A DNA stretch of 64,000 bases from Trichodelitschia bisporula (Eukaryota). Numbering within the stretch: the first letter of the stretch is position 1; every line of letters starts with the position of its first letter. The stretch lies in assembly GCA_010356995.1 (NCBI GenBank), contig ML996711.1, forward strand, positions 1-64,000, read 5' to 3'. A program made the translations under genes and the position numbers. This document shows, in pieces, positions 22,095-34,120 of this stretch. Below the pieces are notes generated by a model. It ran no database searches. It was given only the letters and a program-made list of their open reading frames with translations, and had not been told where the DNA came from.

Positions 22095-23370
22095 GTCTCC
22101 CACAGGGAGCATGTCCCCCACTTGGGAGAACGTGCAGCCCCACCGAGGAGGTACACTCGCCAGCCAGATATATTTCAATGTCCAGCCAACTTGCTGGGGC
22201 CCCGGGCGGTTGTGGAGTGTAGAAGTGTACGCCCGGAGCCATAGCTGTTCCCCCCAGGGAGGGAGTGGCACCTCCCCAAGGTACAGGCACACCCTGGCAG
22301 ACACCTTTCGCTGTCCGGCCGACTGTTGGGGCTCCTGGCAGCGATAGAAGTGCGCGCCTGAAAGCCCCAGCAGTCCCCCATCAGGGAGGATGTGCCGCCC
22401 CAATAAGGGATGGGCACTCCCCGACCAGACACATTTCGGTGCCTGATCGACTGCGCTGGACTCCGGGAAGCAGCGGCGTTGGACTGCATGCCCGAGAGTC
22501 CCAGCAGTTCCTTATTGCGGAGGGCGTGCCAGCCGGACAAGTGGTAGTGTCCGGCCGGCTGTGCTGGGGCTACGGGCAACAGTGGCGTGGGAACTGCATG
22601 CCCGGAGCCCCAGCGGTCGCCATTCCGGGAGGACGTGCTAGCCGGATATATAGCGGTGTTTGGCGGGCAAAGAATTGATGGAAACTCGCCAGCGGAGCAC
22701 ATTTCGGTGTCCGGTCGACCGTGGTGGGGTCCCGGGCAACATTGGCGTTAGAACTGCATGCCCGAGACCCCCAGCGGCCCCCCTTCGGGACGGACCTGCC
22801 AGCCGGACAAATGGTGGCGTCCGGCTGGCAGTTCTATGGCTCCGGACTACAGTAGCATTTGAACTGCGTGCCCGGAAGCCCCAGCCGTCCTCCATCAGGG
22901 AGGCCCGTGCCATCTCAGGCAGAGAGAGGGAGGAAGCTCGCCAGTCAGACACATTTCGGTATCCGGCCGACGGTGGTGGGGTCCCGAGCAACAGTGGCGT
23001 TTGAACTGCATGCCCGGGACCCCGAGTGGCCCTCCCTGCAGGAAGGACCCACCAGCCGGACCGATAGCGGTGTCCGGCTGGCAGTGCCAGGGCCCGGGCA
23101 GCAGTGGCGTTTGCACTGCGTTACCGAAAGCCCCAGCCTTCCTTCATCAGGGAGGCCGTGCCACCTCCCGGGAGGGGCACTAGCCAGCCGGACAGACAGG
23201 GCTGTCCGGCCGACTGCGGGGCCAAGACTCCGGACAACATCGCCATATCGACCACGCATGCCCGGAGCCCTGCGTCCCAGCCACCTCCTCTACGGAGGGG
23301 CGATGGACGTCTCCTCCAGGGAGAACCCCACCAGCCGGCTACAAGATGGGGAGTGTAGCCGGCTGGCCGG
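22095..23370. repeat. Degenerate tandem array of modular palindromic (hairpin) units, 110-160 bp period
   Basis: Core GAACTGCATGCCC-like motif at 22222, 22347, 22481, 22591, 22751, 22861, 23003, 23113 and 23251; perfect 13-bp stems at 22796-22831 and 23331-23366. Confidence 0.9.
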
Positions 23371-23540
23371 AACCAATATACGCGGCACGCCGGAGTTATA
23401 TATAGGATATAACGTCTTCTGTCGTTGGAGCGGGTCGATTGATGATATACCTCTGCCAGGTGACATTCCGGCAGAGAAAGGGTCTTACGTCGACCGGCAA
23501 GGAGATAGTGCCGACCGACCGCCCGTAGTGATTCCAGCGA

Positions 23541-26500
23541 TTAGTTCTGGGGGCCGGACGCCCCAGAACGCTTCGCGGCCTTCAGAAATTCAAAGTCTGC
23601 GTTTTGGAGATTCAGATTCTGCCCCTGTGAAGGAGGAGGTCTCATCGGAGCTGTACCGGGTGAAGCTTGCGCGCCGTAGGCCGCCTGGTAAGGGTCCCTA
23701 CGCGGTCCAGACGTTGGGGCCCTAGGACCACCCTGGATATTGTAATACGGTGAGGGGGTCGGTGCAAGAGAGCGGCAGTACGTCGAGACTTGCGGGGTCG
23801 TGGTCGGATATGCTGGACCTTGGTTCATAGGGGCCTGGGCACCCATCGGAGCATGATGCATCGGGCCTGCAGCCATCGGAGCACGATTCATCGGCCCTGC
23901 GCCCATCTGAGCGTGAGGCATTGGGTGCCCACCCATCGGGTTTCCGCCCATGGGGTTCCCGCCCATCGGGCCTGCACCCATCGAAGCGGAAGACATCGGA
24001 GCTTGCGGAATCGGGCCTCCACCCATCTGAGCATGATGCACCTGGCCTGCAGACATCGGAACCTGAACCATGGGAGACTGAGTAGCAGGAACCTTGAACT
24101 TCGGAGCCTGGTTCTTAGAAGGTTGACGCTTCTTCTTAGGGGGGGAATTTGGCGCAGGATTCGTGTCTTTGGCCTGTAGGTCGCGGAGGCGGGTACCGTA
24201 CCAATCTGCAACTTTCTTTTTCTGTTCCTCAGTGGTGGCGTTAGAGAGAGCCACCCGCATACGTTCCTCTAAGACCGCACGCATATCTTGCGGTGCAAAG
24301 ACAGGCTGTTGCGCCTGCTGTTCCTGGGGAGGAGCAGCGTGCTGCACCTGCTGTCCCTGGACTTGAGCACCACCATACTGCGCCTGCTCGGCCTGGCGAA
24401 TAGCACCAGCTGCGGCTTGACGACGCATATCTTGTTGATTATTCCGAAGCTGAGTGTCGATGAGTGCATTATTGACTCCTCCCTGGGATGGCGCCTTAAG
24501 AGCCGCATCCCTCTCAGCCAGCGCTTCCGACGACCCGGACCACAGGACCTTTAACTGGCACAAAGGATTGTCATCCTGCTTCAAGTCCAAGTAGTGGACC
24601 CCACCCTGCCTAGGACCTGTAAAGCCAAGCAGGTCCCAAGCTTGCTTGTCGAGTATGTCATGATACTTCTCGAATGCGGGCTTCCAAGCTTCACCAGGGT
24701 CGGCCCTCAGCTCAGCCTCCAGCTCGGCCCAGGTTTTCTGCCCTTCGTGATAGCAAAACATGAAGCGCAGCTTGTGTTCGAAATCATCCACCGGCGTGTT
24801 CTCCGGACAGTCGCACGGCCCCTGCGGCTGTTCCTGAGGTTCCGACAACGCCCCACCTTGCGGCTGTCCATATCTAAAGTTTGCAATATCCGTTCGAATA
24901 TTGCACAACTTCTTACGCCCATGCGGCTCTTCCTGAGTCTCCGGCTGCGTGCAATCACTAGGAGCGATCGGGATAAGAGCGAGCGGAGGAGAGAGTGGAG
25001 TGAAAACCCCCCGCTGGAACTGCGCCATCATCTCCTCATTAGGCTTGTGAGCGTGCTCGACCGACGTGGAGGGCTTCTCAGCACCTGTAAGGTCTGTGGG
25101 CTCAGGCAGTTCGCCAATGATGCAGCGATTGGGGCTAGACACCGTGCTAGCCGGAAGGGTCGCTACAAAGTCATCCCGAGCTTGAGCGCTCAAAGGTGGG
25201 TTTTCCGCGGACTGAGGAGCGGCATCGTTTTGGGCACCCACATTTTCGGTGACAGTGCTCCCAGCACTGCTGGGGATGGGAACACCGAAGGGCCCGCTGA
25301 GCAGGTGATAGGCCTCAGACACCTTGCTGGCCGGAAGGCTCTCTACAAAGTGTTCCAGAGCTTGGCCACCCACCCATTGCTTTTCCAAGGGCTGACGTTC
25401 GGCATCGCTCAGTAAATCCAGATTTTCGGTAATAGTGCCGGGAATTGCGCCGAATTGAATAAAAAGCTCCCCCGTCCCGGCTCCAGCCTTGTAGAGGAAG
25501 GCCATAAGCCACCGACGTATCTCCCAATCGTCCGATGCAACATTGCCATCGACGGTGACTCCGGCGTTGCCAGGGAGGTTCTGTGCATCGTTGTTGGCAG
25601 CATTGCCATCGGCGTTGACTTCAGGGTCGTCGGTAAAGGCCTTGAGCCACTGACCCAAGTTGCCCTCAGGGCTTGCGAGCAAGGCGTTGACGCGCTGATC
25701 CGTCTCTGCATCGCTGCTTGCAACATCGCTATCGACGGTGACTCCAGCATTGCCAGAAAGGCTCTGTGCATCGCTGCTGGCAGCATTGCCACGGACGGCG
25801 ACTCCAGCGTTGTCAGGAAGGTTCGGTGCGTTGCTGCTGGCAACATTGTCGTAGACGTCGTCAATGATGAGGTACTCATTAGGACCGAGCGTCAAACCGA
25901 TGCCAGGCACGTTTGGGAGGTCGGAAAGTTTGACACCGCGCTGAGGAAAAAAGTGCACTTCGCCCTCATCAACCTTCGCACGCTTTGGATCCGGCTCGGA
26001 CGGGGAGCTATAGCGACGCTTTGAGCCAGTCGCAGCCTTATCAGGAGCGGTGTTCTGCGGATCATCAGATGAGGAATCCATAGCATGGGAAAGACTCACC
26101 CCAGGTTCAGCCGGAGTCCGAGAGCCCGCAGGCTTGAGTTGAGCAGAAGTGGTTTTCGGTGTAGTCACACTGGAAGCAGAGTTATGGGGAGAGGGGTTCT
26201 CATTCATCGGCTTAGACGCGCACTCGGGCTTCTGCGGAGGCCCTTGAAACTTGGGAAGGCTCAGGCCGAGTCCGGCCGGAGTCGGAGCGCCCGGAGTAGG
26301 CTTCGGCAGAGCAGGTTTGGTAGGGGGGCCTTGAGACTTGGGAAGGCTCAGACCCAGACAAGCCGGGATCGGAGCACCGGGAGTCGGAGCCGGCATAGGC
26401 TTGTGTTGAGCAGAAGTAGCTTTCGATGAAGTTCCACTGGAAGCAGAGTCATGGGGATTGGGGTTGCCCTTCATACGCTTAGACGCAGACTCGGGGAAGC

Positions 26501-28375
26501 CCTCGGCAGGACGCTTCTTGCTAGAAGGCACGCCAGGTGTGGTGGAGGTTTTGCCAGGCTTCTGTTCAGCAGTCGTCTCCATTTCATCGAACAAGGTGTC
26601 GAGAGTCTGATCACCCATGCCATCTCCGAAAAGATCATCGAAATCGAAGTCGTCCGCGTGTCCCGGATCCCCGGTGGCTTCACTGAACGCAGTGTCAGGA
26701 TTCCCGGCGGGTTCGTTGAGCGCGGCGTCAGGATTCCCGGCGGGTTCGTTGAGCGTGGGGTCGGGATTTCCGGCAGGTTCCTTGAGCGCGGTATCAGGAT
26801 TCCCGGCGGCTTCATTGAGCGTGGCGTCGATATCCTTAGGGGGAATCTTCTCTCCGAACCAGTCAGTGGGATCGAAGTTGGCCGGCAGTCCAGAATCTGC
26901 CTCGTTTTGCGAATTTTCAGCGGTCAAGGCGTCCACTGTGCGAAACAACTCATCAACATTCGGATCAGGACAAATGCTGGTGTCCACCCATTCTGGCACA
27001 TCCAGGGCAGGATCAAAATTAGTGTCCACCCATTCTGCCATAAAGTCCGGCTCGCCGGGAGTCGGCGCTGACTCCGAAGTTTCCATAAGATGGTTCTCCT
27101 CGGCAGCGATGGCGGAAGAAGCCTGGCCAACGGCGCCTTGAGCACCAGAATTGACAATGACATTGCTATTGGCCTGACCAGAAGGATTGAGAGAGCCGTT
27201 GTAACTACCAGTCTGGTTGATATTCAAAGTGTTACCAGGGCCCGTACCGCCAAACTGACCAGCGAGGCGAGGGTTGACAGTGCCACCCGTAATGTCGGTG
27301 CCATTGAGATCGTGAGCAGGCGGGTAGGACGCCGCATTGTACTGACCCTCAGCCGCAACAGGAACGAGAGTTTGCTGCGGCCCGCCATGTCCAAAGCGAC
27401 CGAAGTTTTGAGGAACTTGATTCTGAAGGGCACCCTGATTGCCCTTATTGCCGTGATCCTGAGAAGCGCTGGAGCCACCCTGGTTGTTGTGATGAGCTCC
27501 GTGCATGCCCTGAGGGCTGTTGCTGCTCATCGTGGGAGGGGCAAAGACCGGACGAACCGGGTTCAGGTTGGTCCGACCGCTCACGTACAGAGGATTGCCG
27601 TAAACGCCGGGATCCACATAATGACTACCCTTGTTGATGTTGACCTGGCCAGGACGAGGACCATTTTGGTTGAAATTGGCCTGACCGGGATGGAAGGCAC
27701 CGAGACTGCCGTAGGCCGGGCCAGTAAACTGACCGCTGTTGGGGTGCTTGTTCTGGTCTGCGCCATTTTGACCGGGATAGGTATTAGCTTGATCACCAGT
27801 CTGAGGACCATAATTGCCAGCAGCAGGTGGCTGGTATCCGATACCGATCTTCCGAACCGGGACCTCTCCCGAAGGGGTCTTAGCCGTGACCATAACCATG
27901 TGATCAGGGGCTTTGCCACTAATAGCCTTGATGTGATGCTCAGAGATTCCGAAACTCCTCATGTCCAGTTGCTTGCCGATCACATGGCGGAGTTTCTCGC
28001 TCTTCTGAGGCAGACCCATGCGCTTGAGGTAGCTGGAGAGACCCGTAGTGACCTTCCTCAGATCTTGATCGGAGTCGGTGAGAAGGCTACTGGTAAGTAC
28101 AACAGCCGTGGCGTGCACTAAGTTCCGATGCACGTTCTTGAAACGTTCGAATCTCTCCTCGGCAACGTCCAGGGGAACGCGAATGTTCTCGGCAATCCGC
28201 GCATGGGTCCCAAGGTAGGAATTCTTGAGTTCATCTATGTCGGGGGCTGCAAACTATTTATCGACGTTAGCTACCGTGTATACAACTTGCGTAGAATGAT
28301 CAGTTAAAACCAAGAACTTACCGACATAGTGAGCGGGCCTGTCTTAGGGACGGCACGATCCTGGCCTGTAGCCAT
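23541..28375 (-). CDS. Large (~1588 aa) low-complexity protein of unknown function; exon 1 28375-28322, intron 28321-28254, exon 2 28253-23541
   Basis: 4.7 kb stop-free frame; upstream exon MATGQDRAVPKTGPLTMS joins in frame via a GTAAGT...CTAAC...TAG intron; N/G/Q-rich, acidic, Pro-rich and Q/M-rich segments. Confidence 0.85.
25530..25850 (-). repeat. Coding ~60-bp degenerate repeats (N(V/A)ASS(N/D)Axx LxxNAGVxVxG), 3-4 copies
   Basis: Repeated peptides NVASSNAPNLPDNAGVAVRG, NAASSDAQSLSGNAGVTVDS and NAANNDAQNLPGNAGVTVDG. Confidence 0.8.
26656..26830 (-). repeat. Coding 33-bp tandem repeat, about 5 copies (L(N/K)EPAGNPDxx)
   Basis: Repeated GTCAGGATTCCCGGCGGGTTCGTTGAGC-like unit on the + strand with 33-bp period. 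Confidence 0.9.
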
Positions 28376-29193
28376 GATGACGGATGGCGAGCAGGTCTGA
28401 CTGAGGATGCGTGTTTATCTGACGCGGATGTGATGAGAACCGTGACGCGTCGCGAGTTCGCGATGTAGATGTCAGGTATGATGAACGCGTGTCGGTACAA
28501 CTCGCGAGAAAGTGCTTTGGGTCGCGGGTTGAGTCGAGCCAAGGGGGAAGAGTACGCCACTGATCTGCTGCAATGTCGCAGGGAACTGATGGCTATTGTG
28601 AGCTCACAAAAGTGCCAACCAGAGACGATGTTATGTGCAACAACGCGATGGGTGTGCAACGCGAAAACGCGCTTTCAAGAGGCCGAGCGTATTTGCAGAG
28701 CAAAATGACAATGAATAAGGAGGTGTGAACGCTTGGGTATTGCTTGAGGAAAGAAGAAGCAGTGGACGATGCTGATGATCGAAATGTGAGTAGGTTGGTG
28801 TGGAGAGGTTGCAGAGAAGAGGAAGGAGAAGAGAAGACGAGGTGTTGATGAGCGAAGGGCCACAGTCTTCGCGCATGCCCATTGAGAGCTTGGCGACTGT
28901 GGCCTAAGCTTCATATCGTCCGAAGTCTGGAGTTATCGTGGACAGATGATATGTTCGGATGGAAGGACCCGAAGGGGGTGTGGGTGGTAAGTAAGGGCTA
29001 GGAGGACTCGGTAAGCAAACACAACACCCAAACATCAGCCAACACCCAAGTCAGAAGCAGAAGACCAGTCAAGACCGACAAAGACAAGAGCGGATACATT
29101 TACAAATCTATCCCAACATCAATTACAAGCACCAACGCCACCTAGCGCAGTTCCGATCCGAGTCCGTCATGTTGCAGGTTGAAGAAAGTATAT

Positions 29194-30602
29194 TCAGAGA
29201 GATCTCGGTTTCTCCATCTTCTCGTCATCATCCAACTCTTCTTCCGTCGTAAATTGGCCGTCCGAGTCAATATCTTCAGGCTCCGGTTGCTGGGAGACGG
29301 ACTTCGCGTTCGCATATTGTAGGCCGCTAGTCCGTCCAAAGAAATCTCCGGTTCGTAATCCACGAACATCGGCGGGGTTCACAGCTTGCTTCAGGTTGCC
29401 TTGGGCTTTCATCTCTTTGATGTATTCGCGAACGGGACACATGGCTGCATCGCGACATGCTTCTTTTATGTCGCTTCCGGACATGCCGGCACTGACCCGG
29501 ACTAGATAGTCCAGATCGAAATTCGCATGGTCAACTTTGGTATCCCGCAGAATGAGCTTGAAGATCCGTCGCCGCTGGTGCGTTGAGGGGAGAGACACTG
29601 GGAACTTCTTTGGCATCCGACGCAGAATGGCCTCGTCGATATCTTGAATGCGGTTGGTAGCTCCCAGTATGCATATTCTTTGGGGAACTCCTGAGGAATT
29701 CGCGGAAGCCAGGCCATCCCAGTGCGTCATGAATCTACTTTGGTTAAAACTACTGGACTAGAACTTTGAAGACGCATACTCAGCCTTAACCATACCGCTA
29801 GCCTCGTGCTCGCCACTTCGCCTTTGGCCCAGCACAGCATCTATTTCGTCGATGAACACGATGGTCGGCTGAAGCTTACGCGCAAGAGAGAAAACGGCGC
29901 TGACAAGCTTGTTCGAATCGCCGTACCACTTCTCCGTCAAAGTGGAGATATGGAGGTTGATAAAGCAAGCGCCGCTTTCATGTGCCAGAGCTTTAGCAAG
30001 CATCGTTTTGCCGCAACCGGGAGGACCGAACAGTAGAACGCCAGATGGGGCAGACAGCAGTGAAGATGAGTGGGCGTAAAGATGGGGCATGGTGAGAGGG
30101 TAGATGACAGATTCCTTCAGTTCTTCGATAATGTCGTCAAGGCCGCCGATATCTAGATTGCACTCAGAATACATTCGGTTATCAAGGAGCGAGCGGCTCT
30201 ACCCTCGAACGTCACCGGAATATCCTCTGGAGCCACGACTTCCATGGCTATTGTCTGCTCATAGGGGGTGAGGTGGAGGTCTTGCAGCCGGGGCCGGTCA
30301 TGGCCGTAGGGATGGTCTTCGTCGCCATCGACACCCTCCTTGCTGGCGAGGATGCCTTCCAGCTTCTTACGGGCGGCGCTGGCCTTCTGCTTCGCCTCCT
30401 CTTTCTGGCCGCCATCGAAGTCTAGCTTGGAAATAATGCTGCGTGCTACCCAGTATGCCGCGACGGACTGTAGTTCCGAACAACGCATCAGCACGCGCCA
30501 CTTAGAAACGGAGACAGCAGGACACGAGGGAAATCTTACGGCAAGGGCGATGGAGAGCACATCCTGTAGCAGGATCCACTTGCGGTTCGTAGTAGTAGTC
30601 AT
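29194..30602 (-). CDS. MSP1: Mitochondrial/peroxisomal membrane AAA ATPase Msp1 (ATAD1), 4 exons
   Basis: N-terminal membrane anchor, [72 protein letters not shown]. Confidence 0.95.
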
Positions 30603-30964
30603 GGAGGTAGCGGAGAAAACATGCGAAGCGCCGAACAATGATGCGACGAAAGTAACAAACGACGAAAGCCGAAAGTTGAGGTGATGTTGCACGATGGAAC
30701 TCGGACAACAGCACTCGCCACAAGCGTGCGTTGCGGTAGACTAGCCGCATTCATCTTAGCTCAGATGCAGTGTCAGCCACATCTTGGCCCGCCTGCATCC
30801 CCGGCGCGAGCCTCCCCGCAGTGGGTACCGCACACGCCACAGCAAGCTCTTTGGAGTCGAGACATGTGCGAACTCGCCCCGCACATCGTGAACAGTGTAC
30901 TGCATTCCTACGTCGAAGCTTGCCACGCCAGCAACATGGCAAAATGGGCGCTCTCCATATCAAC

Positions 30965-31839
30965 ATGATCAGAACGAGACTGTTCGCCCTCTACCGGCCC
31001 CATACCATCCGATTGTGCGCAGCACCCACATCCGCCCCACTCGCCAGAACCTACGCGACACACCAGACCTTGGGCGGCAAGACGCCGTCCCGGAAGCAGA
31101 TTACAGTGATTGGCGACGATGGTCGGGTTAACTGGGCCGATCTCAGCACGCGAGAGAAAGCGGCGCGAACGACGCAGCAGTCGGTAAATCTGCTAGTCAT
31201 CCTCGCCGGCGTTATCCTGACCGTTGGTTGCATCCTGCCCGCTATACATCATGTGTCTAATTTTGCTGTAGGGTGCCGTTGCTACTGCCCTCTACACCGA
31301 AGTCTTTGCTGTGGACAGCAAGGTCGCACATTTTAACCGAGCCGTCGACCGCATCAAGCGAAATTCGCGCTGCATAGAAGTTTTAGGAAGTAGAAGGGAC
31401 ATTAAGGCGTATGGAGAGTCCTCCTGGAACAGATGGAACCGGAACCGTGCAATCGCGTATGGAGCCCCTATAATGATGGACCTTGAGCTTATATTCCTTC
31501 AGCTCGAGGCGTGAGACAGATCGAATGGGCACTGAGCACTTCTACATGCATTTCAACGTGGGTTGTTTACACTCTCGATTTGACGATATCACACCTAACC
31601 GTGGAACAGGTTGAGGGCCCGCTTAGCCGAGGAGTTGCTCAAGTGCACCTGACAAAGAGAAAAGGGGACGATGAATGGGAATATCGCTTGCTTGCCCTCG
31701 ATGTTGAAGGTTTGTTGACAATGTCTGAGCTTGTAGCTGGAACTAACGCCTGTCAGGCCACCAACGCATCTACCTCGAGAATTCGGACGCCAAATTTGAT
31801 AAGCGCTCTGGCAAAATGTTTGGGGTCCGTTGGTGGTAG
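30965..31839 (+). CDS. TIM21: Mitochondrial inner-membrane translocase subunit Tim21, multi-exon
   Basis: Arg-rich presequence, DDGRVNWADLSTREKAARTTQQSVN plus TM helix, FNRAVDRIK, IKAYGE, VEGPLSRG, ends KMFGVRWW*. Confidence 0.88.
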
Positions 31840-32366
31840 CCTTTCAACGTTTAGAATTCGTTTAGGTCCGAGCCAATATGCCAACCAGACAGCTTACAAG
31901 TCATTCCTCGCGTAAGAGGCGCGAGATGCTCAGAAAGTTAACTTTAGGAGGCTAGCAGGGACAAAATAGCTAAAAGTGACCTCATAATTGTTATAGCGAA
32001 TGCAAAATCTGCAACCTCTGTTATCCAGAGCTATTGCCGGTCTTGATGATCTTTTCCACACATTGCTGCCGTAAACACAGTCATTCAACCCAGACTTCAC
32101 TCAAAAAATGCAGGCAGATTGCGGCAAATACGTCGTGCACCTGTCTGTTAAATGGGAGGCAGATATTGTGGCATCCGCTCGTTGCCATCATAACTTCATT
32201 TTGCCAGTAAACCTATTGTCAGAGCCCCGTAAAATGACGCCCGCCTAATCCATTAACCCTCACAAAACTATCATGTTCAAAGTGCATCACCAGACACCCA
32301 GATCTCTCGTGCCAGGACAACCACTGCAGGGCCATGGGAGCTTCAGCATGGGGCCGGTCAACTGCT

Positions 32367-34120
32367 TTACAAGGCTAGACCCTGAGTGGGACCATGACGC
32401 TGATCCAGGTGGTCGTAGTTCAGAAGGAACTCCTTCTGATGCGTTGCGTCAACATTCGTCAATGGATGACAGGGAAGATATTTCAACTTACCCGCTCGCG
32501 ACGCCAGTTGTTGACATCGAAGAAAAAGTAGCAGCCGCGCTCTTGCTTGTCGTTAATGCGGATAGGCTGCATATAGGTCGTATCCTTCATCATCCACTGC
32601 TTGAGCTCCTTATGCCAGCGCCAGTCACGCTTGTACAGCTCTTGGGCAGCAAGCTCCTGGAGAATGTCACGAGGATACTGGTAAAATATCATGATGAGCG
32701 TCTCGTCCGTGAGACTAGGAATCTTGGAATGAAGCGGCGCGATGTTCGTGACCTTGTATGCCTCCGGGAGCTTGAATTCAGGGACCACTGGGCGCTCATC
32801 AAACGGCGACCCAAACTGAGGCCAGAGCGGCCTATCCGTATTAGCATCATCTTGTAGTATCCGAAGCAATATCTTACTCGGAGCTCTCCAGATCCAGGCC
32901 AAGCTGTGTCAGGTCCATGCCGAGATAGTGCTCGTTGTAGTCTGGACTGTCCTTCGACACCTGCGCGACAAGCCCGGTCAAACCCCATAGCTCTTGCTCG
33001 GTCATCTCCGCCAGCCGCTTATGGCGCTGTGGTTGCAGAAGCTGCTGCGGGGAGTCGACGACTTCAGGGCCCGGCGGCTGCGTCGGCAACACAGTCGACT
33101 GCGCAGCATCCTGGAAGCCGCGGCCCTGATAGCTGCCCATGAGGCCAGGTTGCTGTGGATCTTGCTGGGCCGGGAACGGGTTCGCAATGGTGCGGCCGAC
33201 ACGGGCCTGGCGTGAGGATGCGTCGGAGAAGCGGTCATCGCCAATGACAGAGCCAGTTCCACGCTCGGACTGGTCGGCAATCGGGCTCGTCACACCCATG
33301 CGCGATTGCTGCTGGGATGCACTGGTCTGTTGCGCAAGACCAGAGAGCTGAGGGACGCCTCCCTGGTTGCCGAAGTGGTAGCCGTCGCCGCCAGGAGCGA
33401 AGTGCGAGGCAGTGGGAGTGGTCTCATCTTGGCCTTGAGCATGAAGCTGTTGAGCACCGGACTGAGGCAAATTCGCACTGGAAAGCCAACCTGGAATACC
33501 ACGTCCGCGCCCGATGCCACCCATGAAAGCGCGCCGCTCCGGAGACCGCGGACGCACGTTGTTTGCCCAGGAGGAGAGGTTGGGGGGCAAAGTAGAGGTC
33601 TGTTGAATTGTCTGCTGGCCAGGCTGAGGCTGCTGCGGCTGCGATCCGCCTCCAAGGGAGGGGAAATCACTGTCATACGATTCAGAAATCATGTTTGATG
33701 CGCGGTTATGAAAATCCAGGAAGCTCGTGATGGAGCCAGGAAGTGGATGGTTTGGGGTGCGGAGAAGAACAAAATTTGTTTGCAAAGTTGAGGATAATGG
33801 GAAACTTACGCCGCCAAATCGATAGGTCGATGTTGAGGTTGGTTGCTAATGGCTTGCGCGAAGCTAGAAGTGCCTGGTGCCGTCCGAGACTGTGCGCTCG
33901 ATATAGCAGAATTCTGGCTCAAGCCAAACCATGATGGGTCGGCACCTGATAGCAACATTTAGCTGTGAGCAGGGCGGCAGATAGGAATTCTTTACCTATC
34001 TTCCCGTTCTGAACATTTTGCAGCCGAGCTGCCGCCGGAGTTGCGCGTCTATTGTCGCCTGGAGGAAACATGTTCCCCGGGACTTGTCGTAAGCCCTGCG
34101 GCCCCGAACCTGTGCTCGGA
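32367..34120 (-). CDS. NOT2: CCR4-NOT complex subunit Not2 (NOT2/3/5 domain); first exon and start codon unresolved, upstream of 34120
   Basis: SSFAQA...DFPSL in the N-terminal region; LGMDLTQLGLDL; PEFKLPEAY, DETLIMIFYQYPRDILQELAAQELYKRDWRWHKELKQW, ERGCYFFFD. Confidence 0.9.

Noticed and set aside
22680..23160. Hammerhead or HDV-like ribozyme (minus-strand CTGATGA and CGAAA; plus-strand GGGCAACA..TGGCG)
   Set aside because: CTGATG sits inside a hairpin loop and is not followed by stem II-GAAA, and the H1 loop is too short to hold the HDV P2/P3 elements. A covariance-model search would settle it.
22095..23370. CRISPR array interpretation of the repeats
   Set aside because: Eukaryotic context, no cas genes, and the units are degenerate throughout with no constant-repeat/unique-spacer pattern.
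22175..23725. ORFs over the array (e.g. 22859-23725 +, 22175-22702 -)
   Set aside because: Unit lengths shift the frame, there are no protein motifs, and such ORFs are expected in GC-rich repeats.
27090..28121. Long antisense ORFs (also 24594-25415, 8295-9179, 42654-43331 and 3814-4428)
   Set aside because: Shadow ORFs produced by the codon bias of real genes on the opposite strand or in another frame.
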